From the NCBI GenBank assembly GCA_044368575.1, contig JBIPPH010000002.1, forward strand, positions 2,198 to 66,197: a stretch of 64,000 nt of DNA, read 5' to 3'. The stretch comes from Bacteroidia bacterium. GTDB lineage: Bacteria; Bacteroidota; Bacteroidia; NS11-12g; UBA955. The notes beneath the pieces were generated by a model. It saw nothing but the letters and a program-made list of their open reading frames with translations. It did no database searches and was not told the origin of the DNA. Both the position numbers and the translations under genes were made by a program. Below, piece after piece: positions 37,542 to 48,184 of the stretch. Position 1 is the stretch's first letter, and each line of letters opens with the position of its first letter.

Positions 37542-38861
37542 ATGTCAAGAATAGTAGCCATAGTCGGAAGACCAAATGTTGGGAAATCAACCTTATTCAA
37601 TCGTTTAACAGGCGAGCGAAAAGCCATAGTTGATGACTTTAGTGGTGTTACTAGAGACAGACACTACGGCGACTCTGAATGGAACGGAGAAACCTTTGTG
37701 GTAATTGACACTGGTGGTTATGTGAGAGACAGTAAAGACTTATTTGAGACAGCCATCAGAGAACAAGTACAAATTGCAGTTGAAGAAGCCAGTGTGGTTA
37801 TTTTTATGGCCGATGTGCAAACAGAGGTTACAGACCTTGATCAACAGTTTGCTCAAATTCTAAGAAAAGCCAAAAAACCAGTCGTCATGGCGGTCAATAA
37901 AGTTGACAATTACGATTTGATCAACGAAACCGCAGTATTTTACGGTTTAGGTTTTGACGAAATCTTTCCTATATCATCTGCCACCGGCAGCGGCACAGGT
38001 GAACTCCTTGATAAAGTAGTGAGCCTTTTACCAGTAGACGATGGTAAAACCTTTGAAGATGATTTGCTCAACGAATTGCCTAAAATTGCAATTGTTGGCA
38101 GACCAAATGTTGGAAAATCATCATTTGTGAATGCCTTATTAGGCTACAATCGCAACATTGTTACAGACATAGCCGGTACCACGCGTGATGCCATTCATAC
38201 CCGCTATAACGCTTATGGCAAAGACCTTATATTAATTGATACTGCAGGTATCAGAAAAAAATCTAAGGTAGAAGAAAACATTGAGTTCTATTCGGTGATG
38301 CGCAGTTTAAGAGCCATTGAAAATTGCGATGTGTGCATACTCATGTTGGATGCCCAAAATGGTATAGAATCTCAAGACATGAACCTCTTGTTTTTGGCCC
38401 ACAAACATGGCAAGGGCATTGTTGTTTTGGTTAACAAATGGGATTTGTACAACAAAGAAACCAATACAGCTAAAGACTACGAAGACCACATCAAAGAGCG
38501 AACAGCTCCTTTCACAGATTACCCAGTGGTATTCATTAGTGCCTTAAATAAACAAAGGATATTTCAAGCCATTGAAACTGCCGTAAAAGTATACGATAAC
38601 TTATCGAATAAGATCAAAACCAGCGTACTCAATGATCAATTGTTGCCAGTGGTTGCTGCTACGCCGCCTCCTGGTGTTAAAGGCAAAACCATTAGCATTA
38701 AATACATTCAACAGTTGCCTTCAAAATCTGTCTGTTTTGCTTTCTTCTGTAACTTACCTCAATACATCAGTGAGAGTTACAAACGTTTCTTGGAAAACCA
38801 GTTGCGCGACCGTTTTAACTTCAACGGTGTGCCAATTAAAATCTTCTTTAGAAAGAAATAA
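37542..38861 (+). CDS. der: ribosome biogenesis GTPase Der (EngA)
   Basis: Two tandem G domains (GRPNVGKST and GRPNVGKSS, each with DTGG/DTAG and NKxD) plus a KH-like C-terminus. Confidence 0.95.
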   Translation: MSRIVAIVGRPNVGKSTLFNRLTGERKAIVDDFSGVTRDRHYGDSEWNGETFVVIDTGGYVRDSKDLFETAIREQVQIAVEEASVVIFMADVQTEVTDLDQQFAQILRKAKKPVVMAVNKVDNYDLINETAVFYGLGFDEIFPISSATGSGTGELLDKVVSLLPVDDGKTFEDDLLNELPKIAIVGRPNVGKSSFVNALLGYNRNIVTDIAGTTRDAIHTRYNAYGKDLILIDTAGIRKKSKVEENIEFYSVMRSLRAIENCDVCILMLDAQNGIESQDMNLLFLAHKHGKGIVVLVNKWDLYNKETNTAKDYEDHIKERTAPFTDYPVVFISALNKQRIFQAIETAVKVYDNLSNKIKTSVLNDQLLPVVAATPPPGVKGKTISIKYIQQLPSKSVCFAFFCNLPQYISESYKRFLENQLRDRFNFNGVPIKIFFRKK

Positions 38862-39338
38862 TTACTCTTGCTTTTTAAACCCTAAAGCTGCAGAGTTAAT
38901 GCAATATCTTAAGCCTGTAGGGGTGTTATAACCATCCGGAAATACATGGCCTAAATGCCCTTCGCAATGCGCACATAAGACTTCGACTCTGTGCATGCCA
39001 TGAGAGTAATCTGGTTTTTCAATGATAGCTGCAGAATCAATGCCCTTGTAAAAACTAGGCCACCCACAACCAGCATCAAATTTAGTTTCAGATACAAACA
39101 AAGGGGCATTACAAGCTTTGCAAACATAAGTGCCAGCTTCCCAAAATTGGTCGTATTGACCTGTGTGGGGTCTTTCTGTACCCTTTTCGCGCATGATTCT
39201 GTAGGTTTCAGGATCTAAGATCTTTTGCCATTCTTGATTGGTTTTATTCATAACAGATGGTTTAGGTGAACAAGCGAATAGACAGCATGACCATAAGATT
39301 ATTTTTTCTGTGTATTTCAGAAGCTTAATTTTGAGCAT
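38862..39338 (-). CDS. msrB: peptide-methionine (R)-S-oxide reductase, probably exported or lipid-anchored
   Basis: Two CxxC zinc motifs, GHVFPDG and the RYCINS active site. The N-terminal hydrophobic segment ends in FAC. Confidence 0.85.
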   Translation of the reverse strand: MLKIKLLKYTEKIILWSCCLFACSPKPSVMNKTNQEWQKILDPETYRIMREKGTERPHTGQYDQFWEAGTYVCKACNAPLFVSETKFDAGCGWPSFYKGIDSAAIIEKPDYSHGMHRVEVLCAHCEGHLGHVFPDGYNTPTGLRYCINSAALGFKKQE

Positions 39339-39387
39339 ACTCTTCTACTTGTTTATTCAACAAGTGGAACTAAAAATTGTTTCAATA

Positions 39388-40902
39388 ATGAGTCCAATAT
39401 TACTATTTACTTTCGTCATAAGCTATTTTGTAGTGCTGCTAGGCATTGCTTTTTATACCTCAAGAAATGCAGACAACCACTCCTTTTTTATTGGCAACAA
39501 AAACAGCAATTGGCTTTTGGTAGCATTTGGTATGATTGGTACATCGCTATCAGGAGTCACCTTTGTAAGTGTACCTGGCGATGTAGGTAAAATCAATTTC
39601 CACTACTTTCAATTGGTCATTGGGTATTTCTTAGGCTATATCGTTGTGGCCTTTGTATTACTGCCCTTGTATTACAAAATGAACCTAACCAGTATATACA
39701 CTTATCTTGAAAAACGTTTGGGTGTAAGTGCACATAAAACTGGGGCTATTTTCTTTATCATTTCAAGAACTGTAGGCGCCACCGCCAGGTTGTATTTAGT
39801 GATCAATATTTTGCAGATTTATATTCTTGACCAATTGCACATTCCCTTTATTGGCACTGCCCTTGTGATCTTGCTATTGATAATGCTCTACACCTTTAAG
39901 GGTGGGGTTAAAACGATTATCATTACGGATACCTTACAAACCTCTGGCATGCTGATTGGATTAGTGGTATGTTTGATTACCCTTATGAACGCCTTGGGTA
40001 CAGATCTGTCTGGCACTTGGCAATTATTAGAAGCCAAAGGCATTAACAAGATCATCAATACAGACCTTAACAGTCCGCTGTATTTTTGGAAACAGGTCTT
40101 AGGTGGCATGTTCATTACCATAACCATGACGGGCTTAGATCAAGAAATGATGCAAAAAAACATCAGTGTTAAAACCTTAAAAAACTCTCAATGGAACATG
40201 CTGACCATGAGCAGCATTTTAGTGTTTGTAAACGCTTTGTTTTTACTCTTAGGTGGGGTCTTATTTTTATATGCTCAAAACCAAGGCTTGAACTTGAGTG
40301 GCGATGATTTATTTCCAAGCATTGCCCTTAGCAATACGTTCTCTGCAAGCATTGGTATACTGTTTATATTGGCTTTGATTTCGGCCTTATTCCCAAGTGT
40401 AGATGGTGCAATTACCTCATTGACCTCGTCGTTTTGCATTGACTTACTCAATTTTAATCAAAGCGCAGATCAAGAAGCTGTTATGAAACAGAAGCGATTG
40501 CGTGTTCACATAGGCTTTGCCATTTTATTCTTATTAATGGTGATGCTGTTTAAGGCAGTGGATGACAAATCCATTATTCAGTTCATCATTAAATTTGCTG
40601 GCATCACCTACGGTCCATTACTCGGTTTATTTGCCTTTGGCATTTTAACCAAACGTCAATTGATCCAAAATAAAATCACTTTGGTATGCCTTCTAGGGCC
40701 CCTGTTAACATTGGTATTAGACCTTATATGTAACCCGCCCTACTACGAAAAATTACTGCACCAAACTTTACCTTTTAATCACTTATCTGAGCAGTTATTC
40801 AATGGTTATAAAATAGGGCCTGAACTCATTATCATTAATGGTTGTATTACCTTTTTAGGCTTGTACTTGATCTCAACAAATAAGCGCGAACAAGTCGCTT
40901 AA
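39388..40902 (+). CDS. sodium:solute symporter family transporter
   Basis: About 13 TM helices with SSF-like sequence. Start trimmed to the ATG at 39388, because the ORF-track extension overlaps msrB. Confidence 0.75.
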   Translation: MSPILLFTFVISYFVVLLGIAFYTSRNADNHSFFIGNKNSNWLLVAFGMIGTSLSGVTFVSVPGDVGKINFHYFQLVIGYFLGYIVVAFVLLPLYYKMNLTSIYTYLEKRLGVSAHKTGAIFFIISRTVGATARLYLVINILQIYILDQLHIPFIGTALVILLLIMLYTFKGGVKTIIITDTLQTSGMLIGLVVCLITLMNALGTDLSGTWQLLEAKGINKIINTDLNSPLYFWKQVLGGMFITITMTGLDQEMMQKNISVKTLKNSQWNMLTMSSILVFVNALFLLLGGVLFLYAQNQGLNLSGDDLFPSIALSNTFSASIGILFILALISALFPSVDGAITSLTSSFCIDLLNFNQSADQEAVMKQKRLRVHIGFAILFLLMVMLFKAVDDKSIIQFIIKFAGITYGPLLGLFAFGILTKRQLIQNKITLVCLLGPLLTLVLDLICNPPYYEKLLHQTLPFNHLSEQLFNGYKIGPELIIINGCITFLGLYLISTNKREQVA

Positions 40903-40942
40903 ACCATCACAATAAAACGCCAATACAAGCGTTGTAAATAGT

Positions 40943-41542
40943 ATGAACACCAAGTCTATGATCATGTTTTGTTTGGCTTTGCCAATGCTCATGGCTTTTA
41001 ACGTCTGTAGCAATGGAACAAAACCAAAAGTGTATAAAGACACTATCTACAGATTTCCACCTAAAAGGCAACCTGCAGTGGTAGACAATACACCCGAAGA
41101 GTTGAGAAACATTCGCATTACCGATACCATTATCAAATTTAAAGTCAAAAAATCTGAAAGGAAATTGTACGCGTATTTTGGAGATACATTCAAAGTCTTT
41201 AAAATCTCTTTGGGGGCTAGTCCTATTGGTCATAAAATAAAGCAAGGCGACCACAAAACCCCTGAGGGTACTTATTTTATCAGTTTTAAAAATCCTAAAA
41301 GCAGAGGTTATAAATCACTCAAACTATCCTATCCTAATGCGGAAGACAAAAAACGCGCTGCAGCTTTAAAGGTCTCTCCTGGCGGCGATATTTGTATTCA
41401 TGGTTTGTGGTGGGATACACAAGATCCTAAAACCCATTGGAAAGATGATTGGACTGAAGGTTGCTTAGCGGTAAACAATCAAGAAATAGATGAGATCTTC
41501 GCTCATACCTACTTAAAAACACCCATCAGCATTTTGCCCTAA
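40943..41542 (+). CDS. L,D-transpeptidase (YkuD family)
   Basis: HKTPEGTY, IHG and the catalytic TEGCLAV motif, with a signal/lipoprotein-like N-terminus. Confidence 0.8.
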   Translation: MNTKSMIMFCLALPMLMAFNVCSNGTKPKVYKDTIYRFPPKRQPAVVDNTPEELRNIRITDTIIKFKVKKSERKLYAYFGDTFKVFKISLGASPIGHKIKQGDHKTPEGTYFISFKNPKSRGYKSLKLSYPNAEDKKRAAALKVSPGGDICIHGLWWDTQDPKTHWKDDWTEGCLAVNNQEIDEIFAHTYLKTPISILP

Positions 41543-41958
41543 ACCATGGTGCAATGTGTTTGCACAACTTGTTTGAAGGCCTCTACATCATTGGCTTCGG
41601 CAAAATAAGATGTTTCAAAACAAATCACTTCGCCACTCTCTTTCAATTTAAAATTGATTTCGTACAATTGAAAATTAACTGTTTGAATTTGATCCCACTT
41701 TAAGAATTTAGGGGTTGAAAAAACAGTAAAAGCAAAACGAATGCCTTCTTCATCTGTCATAACAAAACAAGACTTGCCAAAAAAGCCCAATTTAGATGCT
41801 CTTAAACCTAAATAAATAAGGGCCATTAAAGGAAAAATCAAAAAACTGAAAAACAGAAGTTTGGGGAACAAAAACAAACTCATGAAAATACTAAACACTG
41901 CAAAAACAGCCACCAAGGGCGCTTCTGATTTCATCCTTTGAATGGGATATAAAGTCAT
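41539..41958 (-). CDS. small membrane protein, function unknown
   Basis: 139 aa with two N-terminal TM helices and a soluble C-terminal domain. Confidence 0.4.
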   Translation of the reverse strand: MTLYPIQRMKSEAPLVAVFAVFSIFMSLFLFPKLLFFSFLIFPLMALIYLGLRASKLGFFGKSCFVMTDEEGIRFAFTVFSTPKFLKWDQIQTVNFQLYEINFKLKESGEVICFETSYFAEANDVEAFKQVVQTHCTMV

Positions 41959-41967
41959 GAGGCAAAG

Positions 41968-42816
41968 TTAAGCCTTTTTTTGGTGAATCTTTGCAAATCT
42001 GCAATGGCCACTCCAATCGGATTTCAACTCACAGCTAAGACCTAGACGCTCGCAATGGCTCAATAAATCTTTGGCAGTTAAAGGATTCAATTCAAAATAA
42101 ATTACAGCAGATGACACAAACAAATCAATGACGCGCTTGTAAAACAACAATGGATCTGAGCCATCTACAAACAGCGCTCTATGGGGTTCATAGCTCAACA
42201 CATTGGGCAACATTTGAGTTTTTTCTGTTGCCATGATATAGGGCGGATTGCACACTACAATATGGGGAAGTTGAGTGGGCCAAGCTTCCGTCAAAACATC
42301 GTTCAACAACCATTGAATACTGGGCTTTTCAAATTGATCTAGCTCAGATTGCTTAGCCAATGCTAAAGAGGGCAAGGCAATATCACTGGCCATTATTTGA
42401 GCATGAGGAAAATGCTGCTTTAACCAAAGGGCTATGCAACCACTGCCTGTGCATACATCTGCAAAGACCAAATCAGTAGATATGACATCAGCTTTAACCC
42501 AGGCTAACAACTCTTCAGTTTCTGGTCTTGGAATCAATACTTCTTGATCCACTTTTACTTTTACAGGACCAAAATACGAATAGCCAATAACGTATTGCAA
42601 AGGTTCATGGGCCAATAAACGCTCTAAGTCCTGAGCAAGGGCAACTTCATGCTTAAAAGCGTGTTCAGCATTGCTGCGAATGTCTGCTTCTGATAAGTCA
42701 TACTTATCATTAAACAACCATTTAGCCATAGCTCTCGCTTCGTCTGAACCAAAAATACTAGACAATGTTTGATGGCAATGTTGATACGCAGATTGAATGC
42801 TTAACATGGATTGCAA
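41968..42816 (-). CDS. prmC: release factor glutamine N5-methyltransferase
   Basis: SAM-binding DVCTGSGCIA and the NPPY catalytic motif. Confidence 0.85.
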   Translation of the reverse strand: MQSMLSIQSAYQHCHQTLSSIFGSDEARAMAKWLFNDKYDLSEADIRSNAEHAFKHEVALAQDLERLLAHEPLQYVIGYSYFGPVKVKVDQEVLIPRPETEELLAWVKADVISTDLVFADVCTGSGCIALWLKQHFPHAQIMASDIALPSLALAKQSELDQFEKPSIQWLLNDVLTEAWPTQLPHIVVCNPPYIMATEKTQMLPNVLSYEPHRALFVDGSDPLLFYKRVIDLFVSSAVIYFELNPLTAKDLLSHCERLGLSCELKSDWSGHCRFAKIHQKKA

Positions 42817-42825
42817 AGTTTTAAG

Positions 42826-42833
42826 TATTTTCG
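42826..42833 (+). promoter_or_regulatory. near-consensus -7 box TATTTTCG upstream of ribD
   Basis: One mismatch to TAnnTTTG. It lies 28 nt before the ATG at 42862. Confidence 0.3.
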
Positions 42834-42861
42834 CAATATAACAAACTCAGATAGCAAATAC

Positions 42862-43854
42862 ATGCAAGAATGCTTGGCTTTGGCTTTAAAAGGCAAAAAA
42901 CAAGTAGCTCCCAATCCTATGGTGGGTTGCGTTATTGTGTATCAAGATGAGATCATCGGTAGAGGTTATCATAAGGTTTACGGTGGTCCTCATGCAGAAG
43001 TTGAAGCCATAGCCTCGGTTCAAAACAAAGCGCTTTTAAGCTCAGCTACCATGTATGTGAGCCTTGAACCCTGTGCACATTTCGGCAAAACACCACCCTG
43101 TTCTAATTTAATTATCGAACATAAGCTTGCAAAAGTAGTTGTTGCCTGCACTGACCCTAACCCATTAGTAGCAGGTAAAGGTATTGCGCAACTGCAAGCA
43201 GCCGGCATAGAGGTATGTCTTGGTGTTTTAAAAACCGAAGCAGAAGCCATTAACAACAGATTCTTCAAAGCTTATAGCAAACAAATGCCTTATACCATTT
43301 TAAAATGGGCTGAATCTGCTGATGGCTTTATGGGCAACGACACGCATAGATACATTAGTGGAGCAAAGGCATTAGAACAATTGCACCAATGGCGGTCTGA
43401 AGAAGATGCATTTTTAGTGGGTACTCAAACGCTCTTGCAAGACAACCCAAGATTGTCTAATAGACTAGTAGTTGGCAAACAACCCATTAGAGTTGTGGTA
43501 GATTGGGACTTAAAATCAGAGGGTAAAGATTTGCACATTTATGACCAAAGTCAAAAGACATTTATTCTGAATGGAATTGTCAACAAAGTTGACCAACTCA
43601 TTGAATGGATAAAAGTAGACAATACTGAACCCGAACACTTGTTGAGCACCTTGTTCGCTCATGGTGTAAAAAGTGTAGTAATTGAAGGTGGAGCCAAGCT
43701 CCTAAATAGTTTTTACAATAGCGGCCAATTCCATGAGATTCGAAAAATAGTCTCTAAAAACTGTGTACTTGGACATGGCCTTATAGGCCCACAAATACAG
43801 TCAGAACCTATGGAAATTATTAACTTAGAAGAGGATATTTTACTAGTGTATTAA
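42862..43854 (+). CDS. ribD: bifunctional riboflavin biosynthesis deaminase/reductase
   Basis: Cytidine-deaminase-type zinc motifs HAEVEA and PCAHFGKTPPC, plus a C-terminal reductase domain. Start set at the ATG at 42862 rather than the TTG at 42811. Confidence 0.85.
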   Translation: MQECLALALKGKKQVAPNPMVGCVIVYQDEIIGRGYHKVYGGPHAEVEAIASVQNKALLSSATMYVSLEPCAHFGKTPPCSNLIIEHKLAKVVVACTDPNPLVAGKGIAQLQAAGIEVCLGVLKTEAEAINNRFFKAYSKQMPYTILKWAESADGFMGNDTHRYISGAKALEQLHQWRSEEDAFLVGTQTLLQDNPRLSNRLVVGKQPIRVVVDWDLKSEGKDLHIYDQSQKTFILNGIVNKVDQLIEWIKVDNTEPEHLLSTLFAHGVKSVVIEGGAKLLNSFYNSGQFHEIRKIVSKNCVLGHGLIGPQIQSEPMEIINLEEDILLVY

Positions 43855-44468
43855 TGCTGTTTCAAACCACCTATAAATGCATAGAACAAGACGCTCAAAT
43901 CCTATTCAAAATGAAGGGCAGCAAGTTTTTGGCCTTTGCTTACAAAGTTGAGAACGAAACAGACATCAAACAAAAATTATTAGCCCTGAAACAAACCTAT
44001 GCAGATGCCACCCACCATTGTTATGCCTGGGTATTAGGTTATGATCAATCAGCTAGTAGAGCCAATGACGATGGAGAGCCTTCAAATTCTGCAGGTAAGC
44101 CCATATTAAGACAAATCATTAGCCAAGGACTTACCAACTGTTTGGTAGTAGTCGTTAGGTATTTTGGCGGCACGCTTTTAGGGGTTCCTGGACTCATAGA
44201 AGCTTATGGAGAATCTGCTAAAGCTGTATTAGCCTCGTGTTCTATACAAACCAAAACCATATTTGAAACCTATTTGGTTGAATGCGAATACGGACAAGAA
44301 AATACCATATTTGTAGCCCTCAGGCAATTTCAAGCAGAAGTAAGCGTTCTAGATGACACGAGGTGTTTTTCTGCACAAATTAAAATACCTTTGCAATCAG
44401 TAGAGGCATTCAAACAACAATTCCACTCATTGTACCAAGTTAAAATTACTTACATAGGCCTGGCATGA
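43854..44468 (+). CDS. yigZ: YigZ/IMPACT family protein
   Basis: 204 aa with UPF0029-like sequence (DDGEPSNSAGKPIL). Confidence 0.7.
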   Translation: MLFQTTYKCIEQDAQILFKMKGSKFLAFAYKVENETDIKQKLLALKQTYADATHHCYAWVLGYDQSASRANDDGEPSNSAGKPILRQIISQGLTNCLVVVVRYFGGTLLGVPGLIEAYGESAKAVLASCSIQTKTIFETYLVECEYGQENTIFVALRQFQAEVSVLDDTRCFSAQIKIPLQSVEAFKQQFHSLYQVKITYIGLA

Positions 44469-46897
44469 TCAAACACAGCATTTTAATTGCATTTACATGG
44501 CTTTTTAGCCTTACGCTATGCGCTCAAACAAGTGACTACTACTCACTCAAAGACGTTAAAAACTATCGATTCGATCATTTGCAATTGAATGCTTCAAAAG
44601 ACATTGATCAATTTGTCCAAAACGCTGCTCAATACACCTTTATTGAAGCCTTAAAAATTAAGAGTGCTGATCCATCTGATTTGCGCAAAGTACTTAAAGC
44701 CGGTGATATTGCTGCCTACATCAAAGAATTGGATTTGCTTGAATTTTCAGGCCATTACACCGATTCAAGTTTTGACTCCACCTGTAACATCGAAACCCTT
44801 CACATCAGAATCAATGAAGAGCACCTCAATGAACTGATGTATTTAAGAGCGCTCAAACATCTTGAAACTGTTTATTTATACATTGATGGCAAACCAGATG
44901 GCATGCAAGCCTTAGCATATTTACCTAGCTTAAAAGAACTGCATATTATTGGCGAGTTTTTGCCCAAGGATTTAAAACAAGTTTGCCTCTACATCAAAGA
45001 ACAAACCAGTCTGCAAATCTTAGGCATCAGTGTGGATCGTATTACAGATGTGCCAAAAGAATTGATCAAACTAAAAACCTTGAGCAAATTGTATTTGTAT
45101 GACAACCTCTCTGTATACACCAACAAGGGCATTGAAGACTTAGACGACCAATCCTTCACCATGAGTTATGTGGTATACGATGATGAAGTGCGTGCCATCA
45201 ATATCCACTATTGTTCGAATACAGGTGAATTGGCCGAATTTGAATTGGCCCATCTACAAGGCTTGTACCAAGGCGAAGTAGTTGCCAATGCTTACGAAGA
45301 AACATCTGTGGAATTGAGCAAAGCACCGGTTATTCCTTTTAAAACTGCATTTCAACCAGACTTTCCGCATACCGCAGAATTCAATCCTTTGTATCCGCGC
45401 ATAGCCCCTAATACTGAATATTTTTCAGTGTCGAATCAGAAGCCAAGTGTATTGTATTCCAATTCGGGTATGACCATTACCATCCCTGAAAATTGTTTTG
45501 AGCAAACCGATGGGAGTCCTGTTGAAGGCACGGTATACTTAAGATTGATTCAAATCAAAGATGTGAGTGATGTTTTATTTGCAGGCTTAAACCTTAAAAA
45601 TGGATTCACGCAATTGAGCAATCAATACCTGTTTAACCTTCAAGCCACTGGCGAGAAACAAGCAGTCAAATTAAAAGATGGTTACTTAATTAAGGTGGAT
45701 ATGCCTTGCAGTAAAGATAGCGCACAGTCTTACTTCTTTGACTACGAATCAAATTCATGGCAAGATTTAGACTTATACAATCAGGTATTTGCTTCTACTT
45801 TTGAACCTTTAGACTTTTATAAGATACAACATGCTTTAAACCTTCAATCTAGGTATCAGTTTGATACCACTTTGTTTAACGAGCGTTTTTACAGTGCCAA
45901 ACATTTTGTGCTCAACGACGCTCAAATCAGCAGTCAGATGGTATACAAACGCAATGGTTTATATGTTGATTTGGATAGGACTTGGAACAAAGAATTTAAC
46001 CAAGATGGTCATCTCAAAGGCGTAAAAATCAAAAGGGGTAAAACCTATATCAAAATTCAAAAAGTCATTCCTAAGGAGCGCAATATTGAAAGACAATATT
46101 TTAAATTATTAGACAAAACCGAACAAGGCATTTTTACTGAATTGAAGGCGCTAAAAGCCATTAATTTCAACACCGTTATTGACCCTGAACAAAAGAAAGC
46201 CTTTCAAGAAAACTTTATTAAAAACACCAAATATTTTGATGTCAAGGTGATGTATTTAGCTGGCAAAGACTACTGTGAAATTGTACTTAAAACCAATGAT
46301 GGCTACCGTAAAATCAAAGCCTTTATTAGCGATGTAAGCGACGACAAAGCCAACAAAAAACAAATACTAAAATTCATGAAAGCTTATAAGCAATACAATG
46401 CTTTGAGGTATAAACGCGAGCAGGCTTTTAATCAAAATAACCAAATCAGATTCTCCGAATTCAAGACCCATATCAGCGACAAACAAAATGCCATTGCAAA
46501 AGCTAAAGGTCAAAAGAAAGCGGATGCATTCACTGAAATAAAAATGCATCAATTAGGCACCTTTGGGGTCCTTTACACCCGAGAAGCAAGCTTTAGTACC
46601 AATATCATTGCTCAATACACAGATGAGTCAGGCTTACCAATTGATGTAAAAGCCTTGTTCATGATAGACAAACGTTTTAATACTTTATTCAATGTGCAAG
46701 TGGGCAATATTGCTTTTGAACCTGATCAATTGAGTGCCTTAATCGCAATAGATTATAGCGGTAATTTGTATTATGCCAATAAAAATGATGTGCCAGCTTC
46801 GCAATTAAGCAACAACTCTTTAACCTATATCAAATTAAAGAAATTACCTCAGAACATTCAGCAAATTTCAGGGTTTAACCAAGCGATTAAACATTGA
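44465..46897 (+). CDS. large secreted protein with leucine-rich-repeat-like N-terminal region, function unknown
   Basis: 810 aa with a signal peptide. LRR-like segments (LKELHIIGEF, LSKLYLYDNL) occur in the first 250 aa. Confidence 0.45.
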   Translation: MIKHSILIAFTWLFSLTLCAQTSDYYSLKDVKNYRFDHLQLNASKDIDQFVQNAAQYTFIEALKIKSADPSDLRKVLKAGDIAAYIKELDLLEFSGHYTDSSFDSTCNIETLHIRINEEHLNELMYLRALKHLETVYLYIDGKPDGMQALAYLPSLKELHIIGEFLPKDLKQVCLYIKEQTSLQILGISVDRITDVPKELIKLKTLSKLYLYDNLSVYTNKGIEDLDDQSFTMSYVVYDDEVRAINIHYCSNTGELAEFELAHLQGLYQGEVVANAYEETSVELSKAPVIPFKTAFQPDFPHTAEFNPLYPRIAPNTEYFSVSNQKPSVLYSNSGMTITIPENCFEQTDGSPVEGTVYLRLIQIKDVSDVLFAGLNLKNGFTQLSNQYLFNLQATGEKQAVKLKDGYLIKVDMPCSKDSAQSYFFDYESNSWQDLDLYNQVFASTFEPLDFYKIQHALNLQSRYQFDTTLFNERFYSAKHFVLNDAQISSQMVYKRNGLYVDLDRTWNKEFNQDGHLKGVKIKRGKTYIKIQKVIPKERNIERQYFKLLDKTEQGIFTELKALKAINFNTVIDPEQKKAFQENFIKNTKYFDVKVMYLAGKDYCEIVLKTNDGYRKIKAFISDVSDDKANKKQILKFMKAYKQYNALRYKREQAFNQNNQIRFSEFKTHISDKQNAIAKAKGQKKADAFTEIKMHQLGTFGVLYTREASFSTNIIAQYTDESGLPIDVKALFMIDKRFNTLFNVQVGNIAFEPDQLSALIAIDYSGNLYYANKNDVPASQLSNNSLTYIKLKKLPQNIQQISGFNQAIKH

Positions 46898-48178
46898 TTA
46901 TTCTTTAGGCACAAAGAGACTTTCTTTGTCTACCACTTGAACTTTTTGTCCATCCATTAGTTTTAAATTAATGGCTTCGTATGGCGCAGATACAACCACA
47001 TCGCCTGGTTTTAAACCAGACAATATTTGTATGTAACGGGTATCTTGTATACCTGTTGTAATAGCGCGTTTAATTACTACATTGTTGTTCACTACAAAAA
47101 CCACTTCTTCTTTTTCGTCTACAGCGCTGTCTTTGTCTTTAAGGGTAATACTTGCCACAGGGACTGCCAAAACTTGTTTAACGGTTTTGGTTAAGATATG
47201 AACCGTTGAACTCATGCCTGGTCTGAATGGCATTTTGCCATTGTTTTCAGCCATTACTTCCGCATAGGATGATGGCAAAATAAGGATCTTGACTTCGTAT
47301 TTGGTAACCTGATCTGTACCGGTACTCAAATTGGCTTTAGCACTGTTAGCCACTTGAGTGACTATGCCTTTAAACGTTTTACCCAAGTAGGCATCCACTT
47401 CAATATTGGCTGTATCGCCCACATCAATTCTAACGATATCATTTTCATTGACATCTACCCTAACTTCCATTCTGTTCAAATCAGAAATGCGCATCATTTC
47501 AGTACCAGCCATTTGGGCTGTACCAACAACACGTTCGCCTTTCTTAGATACCAAGCCAGTAATCACACCGCTTGTAGGCGCAATTACAGTTGTTCTGCGG
47601 TAAGTTTTGCCCGCCTGACTAAGGCCTGCTTCAACCGATTGCGTATTGAACTCACTGGCCAAAGATTGTTTTTCAGCTGCTTTTAATTCCGCTACAGACA
47701 TTAGATATTGGGCTTCAGCCGTATTGTATTCTTGTTGACTGATAACTTTATCGTCGTATAACTTTTTCTGCATTTCAAAGTTCTTACGTTGCAATTCTGC
47801 ATTGGCTCTGGTTCTATTTAATTGAGCCTGCACATTGGCGGTATTAGCCTTGGCAGTATTTAAACCCGCTTTAGCTTGTTCTAATTGGGTTTCATAAATA
47901 TCAGGATTGATTCTTACCAAGAGTTGACCTTGTTTAACCGTATCGCCTTCTTGCACATACATGTCTATGATTTCACCAGACACGTCCGGACTGATTTTAA
48001 CTTCATTCTCTGGGTATATAGTACCACTGGCGGTTACTTCTTCGGTAATATCTCTTTTAACAGTAGTTTCAGCAGCTACTTTAATGTCTTTTGATCCTCG
48101 GCCTTTAGCAATGCTATATGCGATGAGTAAAACAACAGCAGCAGAAACGGCTATAATGATCTTTTTTTTCTTGGTCAT
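46898..48178 (-). CDS. efflux transporter periplasmic adaptor (HlyD/MacA-type membrane fusion protein)
   Basis: N-terminal TM anchor, long coiled-coil hairpin, barrel-sandwich and beta-barrel regions. Confidence 0.85.
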   Translation of the reverse strand: MTKKKKIIIAVSAAVVLLIAYSIAKGRGSKDIKVAAETTVKRDITEEVTASGTIYPENEVKISPDVSGEIIDMYVQEGDTVKQGQLLVRINPDIYETQLEQAKAGLNTAKANTANVQAQLNRTRANAELQRKNFEMQKKLYDDKVISQQEYNTAEAQYLMSVAELKAAEKQSLASEFNTQSVEAGLSQAGKTYRRTTVIAPTSGVITGLVSKKGERVVGTAQMAGTEMMRISDLNRMEVRVDVNENDIVRIDVGDTANIEVDAYLGKTFKGIVTQVANSAKANLSTGTDQVTKYEVKILILPSSYAEVMAENNGKMPFRPGMSSTVHILTKTVKQVLAVPVASITLKDKDSAVDEKEEVVFVVNNNVVIKRAITTGIQDTRYIQILSGLKPGDVVVSAPYEAINLKLMDGQKVQVVDKESLFVPKE

Positions 48179-48184
48179 ACTTGA

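Noticed and set aside
42817-42861. Looked for an FMN riboswitch upstream of ribD. Also looked for TPP or cobalamin riboswitches near the thiamine diphosphokinase and PduO-type adenosyltransferase genes.
   Set aside because: The upstream spacers are under 50-100 nt, too short for these aptamers, and no conserved riboswitch core sequences were seen.
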